NCBI GenBank assembly: GCA_944376905.1
Contig: CALWEA010000001.1
Coordinates: forward strand, 144,487-208,486
Source of the DNA: an uncultured Clostridia bacterium
GTDB lineage: Bacteria > Bacillota > Clostridia > Christensenellales > UBA1242
DNA length: 64,000 bases
Direction of reading: 5' to 3'
The translations under genes and the position numbers were made by a program. The notes under the pieces were generated by a model that had not been told where the DNA came from, did not search any database, and saw nothing but the letters and a program-made list of their open reading frames with translations. How positions within the stretch are numbered: position 1 is the first letter of the stretch; every line of letters starts with the position of its first letter. This document shows, one piece after another, positions 58,949-64,000 of the stretch.

Positions 58949-59581
58949 ATGAGTGGCATTATAGTAGACTTAATATTTCTAGCAGTGCTAGCAATATTTG
59001 CTGTTGTTGGCATGTTTCGTGGTTTTTTTTCAACTCTTCTTTCATTATTAGGATTTGTTGGCGCCGTATTAATTGCATGGCTATTTAGAGAACAAACAGT
59101 AGTAATTTTAGATTCTTTATTTGGTTTGACTAATTGGTTAAATAATGTCGTCGGAGAAAATATTGCCAGTGTTTTAGCACCAGCAATAGCGATAATTGTT
59201 GCTTTTGTTTTGCTTAAAATAATAGTTTTTATTCTCGAACACACTTTGGGTAAATTGTTTAAAGGAGGATTGGTTGGAAAAATAAATTCTGTTTTAGGAT
59301 TAATATTAGGCTTAATAAAAGGAGTATTATTTAGTTTAGCATTTTTTGCAATAGTATGTGTTTTGACACTAATACCTTCTGTAAAAACTTTTGTGGACAA
59401 TACCATACAGGGAACATATGTTGTAAGTTGGGTTTATAATATAGTTAACGAACAAATATCAAACAGTTTTGGTAATGACGAAAATGAAAAGGGAGATAAT
59501 TCTAATGAAGAAAATGGGGAAAGTGGAGATGAAGAAAATTCGAATCAAGGAAATATGGGGAATGAGGGAGTTGTTGCTTAA
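58949..59581 (+). CDS. cvpA: CvpA-family membrane protein
   Basis: IIVDLIFLAVLAIFAVVGMFRGFFSTLLSLLGFVGAVLIAWLF. ATG 58949 follows GGAGTGGGGG. Acidic G/N/E-rich tail. Confidence 0.8.
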   Translation: MSGIIVDLIFLAVLAIFAVVGMFRGFFSTLLSLLGFVGAVLIAWLFREQTVVILDSLFGLTNWLNNVVGENIASVLAPAIAIIVAFVLLKIIVFILEHTLGKLFKGGLVGKINSVLGLILGLIKGVLFSLAFFAIVCVLTLIPSVKTFVDNTIQGTYVVSWVYNIVNEQISNSFGNDENEKGDNSNEENGESGDEENSNQGNMGNEGVVA

Positions 59582-59711
59582 TTAATAAAATAATAAAAAT
59601 ATTTAAAGAAAAAGCAATTTTTTTTAAAAAACTATTGCAAAAAGAAAAAAAAAGAGTATAATAGACGTATTGATAATTAATCATAAAGATTAAATAAAGA
59701 AATCAATTTAA

Positions 59712-59799
59712 GGAGAGTTGGCTGAGCGGTCGAAAGCGGCGGTCTTGAAAACCGTTGTAGTGAAAGCTACCTGGGGTTCGAATCCCTAACTCTCCGCCA
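59712..59799 (+). tRNA. tRNA-Ser (anticodon UGA), long variable arm, CCA encoded
   Basis: GGAGAGTTGGCTGAGCGGTCGAAAGCGGCGGTCTTGAAAACCGTTGTAGTGAAAGCTACCTGGGGTTCGAATCCCTAACTCTCCGCCA. Acceptor GGAGAGT/ACTCTCC, anticodon loop CTTGAAA. Confidence 0.95.
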
Positions 59800-59808
59800 C
59801 GAACTTGT

Positions 59809-59841
59809 CCATCCGTACTATTATGGTATGGGTGGATTTTT
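59809..59841 (+). terminator. Hairpin terminator after tRNA-Ser
   Basis: CCATCCGTAC-tattatg-GTATGGGTGG (10 bp with two G-U pairs) followed by ATTTTTAT. Confidence 0.6.
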
Positions 59842-59843
59842 AT

Positions 59844-59867
59844 ATAAAAAAGTGGTATAAACCACTT
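59844..59867 (-). terminator. Terminator of the 343-aa gene
   Basis: AAGTGGT-ataa-ACCACTT 3 nt after the stop. The minus-strand hairpin is followed by TTTTTT. Confidence 0.65.
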
Positions 59868-59869
59868 TA

Positions 59870-60901
59870 TTACTTTAATTCTTTAATTAAAAAGTTTGCA
59901 AGTTTTAAATCATTTGTCATTTCTTCAAATAGCAAATTAATATTATTCAATACATATCTTAAATACTTCATATTTATAAACAATAAAATTAACTTTATAC
60001 AATCTTCTTTTGTCGCTTTTTTATTGTATACACCATGAGCAAGATCATGTCTATTTATATTTCCTTTGTTTTGAATATTAGTATTAACATTGCATAATTC
60101 ATAAAATTCCTTAATTTTGCTCCACCACTCATCATAATAATGCATATTTAATTTTTCAATAAATTTATTTATTTGGTTTGTTCGAGTGTTCCTTTTGGCT
60201 TTTTCATCTGTTTCACTCATTTTCAAATATTCATTATCTATCAAAGCAAATAGAGTTCTAGCACACGAATTATAGCAACCATTTTCTAAACAAAATATTG
60301 CTTCTTTTAGATCTTCTATTTTATATTTTTGCAATTGACTATCAAAAGTTTTTATACTGAAAATTTCTGATAAGTTAAACTTTAAAATTTCAAAATTATT
60401 TTTAGAATATATATCTATAATATATTTTTCAAGATTTTCATCTAAAGTATTTTCTAGAATTTTATCCGGCATCATATAAAAATATAAAATATATCCTAAT
60501 TGTGCTAAATTTCTCATTTTTGAGATATATTTTTCACTAAACAATGTTTTTCTATCTTGATTAATTAATAATATGTATGAACATAGTTGTTTAAAATATT
60601 TATACTTTATTTCATCTCTCTTTTTTAATATATCATTTATTTTTGCAAATTCTGGATATTTATTAAAATCTTGAATTACCTTAGCAAATTTAGTGGGTTC
60701 AGTTTCTTTAATTTTAAGCGTTTCTTCAAAATTTTTGTTAATATCATCATAAAATGGAATGTTGTTGTTTTGTAAAATTTGTTCCAAAGGAATTGCTTTT
60801 ACTAATTGTTTATACTCATTCGTAATTTTTGATAATTCATCATCTAATTTATTTAATTTTTCTTCTTCCTCTAATTGTTTTTTTAATATACTTTCAAACA
60901 T
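59870..60901 (-). CDS. ORFan with a C-terminal Rx4H HEPN-type motif (Abi-like candidate)
   Basis: 343 aa, helix-rich. CYNSCARTLFALIDNEY ... GNINRHDLAHGVYNKKATKEDCIKLILLF (R codon 60050-60052). Confidence 0.6.
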   Translation of the reverse strand: MFESILKKQLEEEEKLNKLDDELSKITNEYKQLVKAIPLEQILQNNNIPFYDDINKNFEETLKIKETEPTKFAKVIQDFNKYPEFAKINDILKKRDEIKYKYFKQLCSYILLINQDRKTLFSEKYISKMRNLAQLGYILYFYMMPDKILENTLDENLEKYIIDIYSKNNFEILKFNLSEIFSIKTFDSQLQKYKIEDLKEAIFCLENGCYNSCARTLFALIDNEYLKMSETDEKAKRNTRTNQINKFIEKLNMHYYDEWWSKIKEFYELCNVNTNIQNKGNINRHDLAHGVYNKKATKEDCIKLILLFINMKYLRYVLNNINLLFEEMTNDLKLANFLIKELK

Positions 60902-61026
60902 ATATACCTCACAATAGCTAATTTGTTTATATAAATATATTTATATTCTAACACATTATAAAAAAAATTGTAGTTATAAAATAATGGTTTTTTTAATGAA
61001 TATATTGTCCTGTTAATAAAAATATA

Positions 61027-61046
61027 TGATATAATTTATCTATAAT
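61027..61046 (+). promoter_or_regulatory. Candidate extended -10 promoter(s) for the 542-aa gene
   Basis: TGaTATAAT (TATAAT 61030-61035) and a second TATAAT at 61041-61046. RBS AGGAG at 61053-61057. Confidence 0.45.
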
Positions 61047-61065
61047 CATCATTAGGAGTATACGA

Positions 61066-62694
61066 ATGAATATTTTAAAAAAATTAAACAAAGCAGAAGA
61101 TATTTATAATTTTAGTTTTTATGGGCTTAATGATTATGCAACAAACTTTGATGTTCAAGAAATTATAGATAATGTAGATCAAATCAAAGATTATTATAAT
61201 CATAAATCCAAAGAAATTTCAAATAGAGATGATTTCATAGATTATTTATACCTAAACAAATTTAATCAATTTAATGACTTAGAAAAATATATTGATGAAA
61301 AATATAAACAAAAATATAGCGATATTATTAAATTCTTAAAAACAGAATTTGATCAATACGATTCACAAAATTTAATTCAATATATTAAAAGCGAAGGAAT
61401 TTCTCTACTTAATGAAGATAAGTATTACTTAAATATAAATATTTTTGAAATATCTTTTAAATACCATAATGCTTTAAAAGAAATAATAGAATTTATTATA
61501 AAAAATAAATTTTATATGATTCTACATAACTTCAATGAGATTAAAAATGTAATTTTAAAGTATGAAGACTTATCATTAGAAATATTAAAAGTATCCAATT
61601 TTGAATATGCAAAGTGGTCTGCTTTAAAAGATTATTTTAAAATATTAAAGTTTTTCATAAATAAAAAAAAGTACAATAATGAAATAGATGAGAATATTAA
61701 AGTAATTGTATCTTATGGCAACAAAGTTTATGAAGAAATAAACGAAGATAATTATCTTCAATACAACTTGATTTATAATGAAATAGTTAACTTTTTAAGA
61801 GAAATCAATCATAAATCATATATACCCTTTGAACAGAAACTAAAGAAAATAAATAAAGTTAAAGATGATTATATAAAAAAACATGGACATGAATTTTCTA
61901 TCGAACTTCCTATACAAAAATTATTAGAATATTTTAAAAACGATAAAATTAGCATATTTAATAAAATGATAATGCTAACACACACCAAAAATGATAACTC
62001 CCCCCAATTAATTAGTTATTTTACATATATTGCTAATATGAAATCACAATCTTTAACGGACATTTTATGTTCAACAACAACGCCTCATGATGATTATTTT
62101 ACAATTAGTAAGCAACATACATTGAATTTATTTGATTATACTTATTTATCATGTTTGCAATATTATATTTGTAAAGATCGAATTAATCAATTCATTTCTT
62201 ATTTAGGAAATTCAATTAAAGAAATTTGCTATAGTTTTAAATTAGACTATGAAGAACTAGAATTGGAAACAGATTTTAATATTTTGTTAAATATGTTTAT
62301 GGAACTTTTTAGAGTTATTCAAAGTGAAAATGATTTTCTTATGTACGGAATGTATTATTCTATTTCAATGTTTGAAATGGCATTGATTGAAAAAATTTTA
62401 AGAAATCTATACATTTCAATAAGTGAAGAAAGTTTTATAAACTCTAAATGGGCATCTTTAGGCACATTATTATCGGCAGACAACAAAGAAATGTCAAATT
62501 TATTAGGTTCTGATAATGTTAAATATTATTCATATTACTTAATAAAATATAAAAATCAAATTGGATTTAATTACCGAAATAAATTTGCTCACTATAAAGA
62601 TATGCAAGTTAAAGATATGAATTTTGGAACTCTTTTAAAAATTAGCCAAATCATGCTTTGCATTATAAATGAATTAAATTTAAATAAAGAATAA
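61066..62694 (+). CDS. ORFan with a C-terminal RNxxAH HEPN-type motif (DUF4209-like architecture)
   Basis: 542 aa with a long helical N-terminal region. C-terminus ...MFEMALIEKILRNLY...SLGTLLSADNKEMSNLLGSDNV...GFNYRNKFAHYKDMQVKDMNFGTLLKISQIML (R codon 62575-62577). Confidence 0.6.
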   Translation: MNILKKLNKAEDIYNFSFYGLNDYATNFDVQEIIDNVDQIKDYYNHKSKEISNRDDFIDYLYLNKFNQFNDLEKYIDEKYKQKYSDIIKFLKTEFDQYDSQNLIQYIKSEGISLLNEDKYYLNINIFEISFKYHNALKEIIEFIIKNKFYMILHNFNEIKNVILKYEDLSLEILKVSNFEYAKWSALKDYFKILKFFINKKKYNNEIDENIKVIVSYGNKVYEEINEDNYLQYNLIYNEIVNFLREINHKSYIPFEQKLKKINKVKDDYIKKHGHEFSIELPIQKLLEYFKNDKISIFNKMIMLTHTKNDNSPQLISYFTYIANMKSQSLTDILCSTTTPHDDYFTISKQHTLNLFDYTYLSCLQYYICKDRINQFISYLGNSIKEICYSFKLDYEELELETDFNILLNMFMELFRVIQSENDFLMYGMYYSISMFEMALIEKILRNLYISISEESFINSKWASLGTLLSADNKEMSNLLGSDNVKYYSYYLIKYKNQIGFNYRNKFAHYKDMQVKDMNFGTLLKISQIMLCIINELNLNKE

Positions 62695-62713
62695 ATTTGG
62701 TTTCATTTTTTAT

Positions 62714-62743
62714 AAAAACCGTGCTTTTTAGGGCACGATTTTT
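62714..62743. terminator. Bidirectional terminator between the 542-aa gene and the recombinase gene
   Basis: AAAAAcCGTGC-tttttagg-GCACGaTTTTTT. Confidence 0.6.
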
Positions 62744-62748
62744 TATTG

Positions 62749-64000
62749 TTATCTTTTTTGAAGTACTGCAAAATATTCTTTTGAGTAGAATATTGATAGG
62801 TCTATGTTTTTATTTATTTCTTGTTCAGTTAATAGTTTTTGTTTTTCTTGTTCTAAATCAAAGTTGTCTATAATGTTTGTTATTGCACTTTGTGTATAGT
62901 TTAAATCTGTAAAGTTATAAAAGATTACAATTGCATCGTTATAAATAATAATTTGTTTAATAAAAGTTTTTACAATATGTTTTCTAACTTCATAATTTTC
63001 AATATCGCCACAAATAATTTTTTTGAAATATTCCATAACCATATCTTCTGTTAAAAATGATAAATTCTTTTGTTTTTCTTGTTCAATAGCAATATCGTGT
63101 TCTGCTATTTGCATTTCAAGTTCTTTTAATCTTACTTTTGTTTGTTCAGTTATAATTCCTAATTCAACAGCATTTATAAGATTTTGAGATGCTTTTAATA
63201 ATTTATCTCGACTTAATTCAAGTGCTTTAATTCTTGCTTCTTCTTCGTTATCACTTTGACATTCTATAATTCTTTTAGCAATCTTTTTTAAGTTATTATT
63301 GTTAGATAGCACTTTCCAAGTTATTTCCATAACTTCTTTTTCAAGTTCATCTTTCTTATTAGATTGCATTAGACAATTTAAATGCTTTCTTCTTCGTTTA
63401 GTTAAGCAAGAATAATATCTATATTTAATTACTTTTTTAATTTCTTTACCCGATTCTCCAACCATTTTATGTTTGCAATAACCACAAAATAATTTGCCAG
63501 ACAGAATATAATCATAAGAATCTTGTTTTCTTATTTGTGCGTGTTTATATGCCTTTCTTAAATCTTGTACTTTTTGCCAAGTTATTTCATCAATGATTGG
63601 TGGATAAATATTTGTGTAAACTGTATCACCATGTTGGACTTTTCCAATATACTTTGTATTAGCAATTATTTTATATATTTTCTTGTCATCTATTAAAACG
63701 CCTTTTTTAGTTCTAACATCTCTTGCTTTTAAGTCTTTGGCTATATCTACACCTGTATAACCTTGTGAAAATTTTGTAAATATTTCTTTTACAATCTTTG
63801 CTTCACTTTCATTAATAACATTTCGTTTTTCAACAACATCATATCCATATATTTGATTTCCACCTGTAAAGTAGCCTTTAATATAACTTTCATTTAAACC
63901 ACGAAGCACTTTTTGAGATAGTTCTGCTGAATAGTATTGATTCATACCTTCAAGCAAACTCTCTAAAATAATGCCTTCAGGTGTATCTGGTATGTTTTCC
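62749..64000 (-). CDS. Large serine recombinase (partial; catalytic N-terminus beyond the window)
   Basis: The reading frame continues past 63957 to the window edge (ENIPDTPEGIILESLLEGMNQYYSAELSQKVLRGL = end of the resolvase domain). Then a recombinase domain (YGYDVV...ESEAKIVKEIF), a zinc ribbon (LSGKLFCGYCKHKMVGESG...YRYYSC) and a coiled-coil. Confidence 0.88.
   Translation of the reverse strand, partial: ENIPDTPEGIILESLLEGMNQYYSAELSQKVLRGLNESYIKGYFTGGNQIYGYDVVEKRNVINESEAKIVKEIFTKFSQGYTGVDIAKDLKARDVRTKKGVLIDDKKIYKIIANTKYIGKVQHGDTVYTNIYPPIIDEITWQKVQDLRKAYKHAQIRKQDSYDYILSGKLFCGYCKHKMVGESGKEIKKVIKYRYYSCLTKRRRKHLNCLMQSNKKDELEKEVMEITWKVLSNNNNLKKIAKRIIECQSDNEEEARIKALELSRDKLLKASQNLINAVELGIITEQTKVRLKELEMQIAEHDIAIEQEKQKNLSFLTEDMVMEYFKKIICGDIENYEVRKHIVKTFIKQIIIYNDAIVIFYNFTDLNYTQSAITNIIDNFDLEQEKQKLLTEQEINKNIDLSIFYSKEYFAVLQKR

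Larger units (their letters stand above)
59800..64000. mobile_element. Left part of a putative integrative island/element next to tRNA-Ser, carrying a large serine recombinase; right end outside the window
   Basis: A tRNA gene is followed directly by two ORFans and a recombinase gene whose 5' end runs off the window. No att repeat can be identified within the window. Confidence 0.5.

Noticed and set aside
58846-59406. 186-aa minus-strand ORF opposite cvpA
   Set aside because: It is antisense to a clearly recognisable CvpA-family gene. The sequence is a low-complexity mirror of TM-coding codons, with no RBS or promoter.
1-64000. Possible alternative genetic code (TGA as Trp or Gly), given the very low GC and Mollicutes-like look
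   Set aside because: All conserved genes (tuf, fusA, ftsZ, pheST, pgk, dnaB and others) are full length in the standard translation with no in-frame TGA. Conserved Trp positions use TGG. TGA ends at least two ORFs (hflX 13661-13663, membrane gene 26637-26639) near expected C-termini. Cell-wall genes (murA, MurJ-like, divIB-like) are also present.

Overview
This is a very AT-rich, standard-code chromosomal segment that looks like Bacillota (Firmicutes). Most of it is housekeeping: an OmpR/histidine-kinase pair, a RumA-type methyltransferase, the initiator tRNA, a divIB-ftsA-ftsZ-ndk block, hflX, murA, the str operon (rpsL-rpsG-fusA-tuf), dnaB, rpsF-ssb-rpsR, a MurJ/SpoVB-type flippase with an overlapping HU gene, dusB, pheST, pgk-tpiA, and membrane/lipid genes (YhhN, GT4, TVP38/DedA, CvpA). 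Accessory content is interspersed: a partial GLUG-like surface protein, mazF with a non-canonical upstream partner, an apparently catalytically dead SipW-like protein, a 1433-aa low-complexity ORFan, an SdpR/SdpI-like pair, and three tandem YdcK-like beta-helix paralogues. My best candidate for an undescribed, defence-type system lies after tRNA-Ser(UGA) at the right end. It is an island with two divergent ORFans, each carrying a C-terminal Rx4H (HEPN-type) motif, next to a large serine recombinase. Intergenic regions are unusually long: by my tally of the called features, only about 80 percent of the window is coding. They hold recurring motifs: a 20-bp palindrome ATTTAGAT-N4-ATCTAAAT at five sites, 16-bp tandem arrays with a shared AAAAGTTAAAT core at two loci, and a promoter-to-terminator leader in front of rpsL. 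All functional calls come from reading motifs by eye; no database search or folding program was available.
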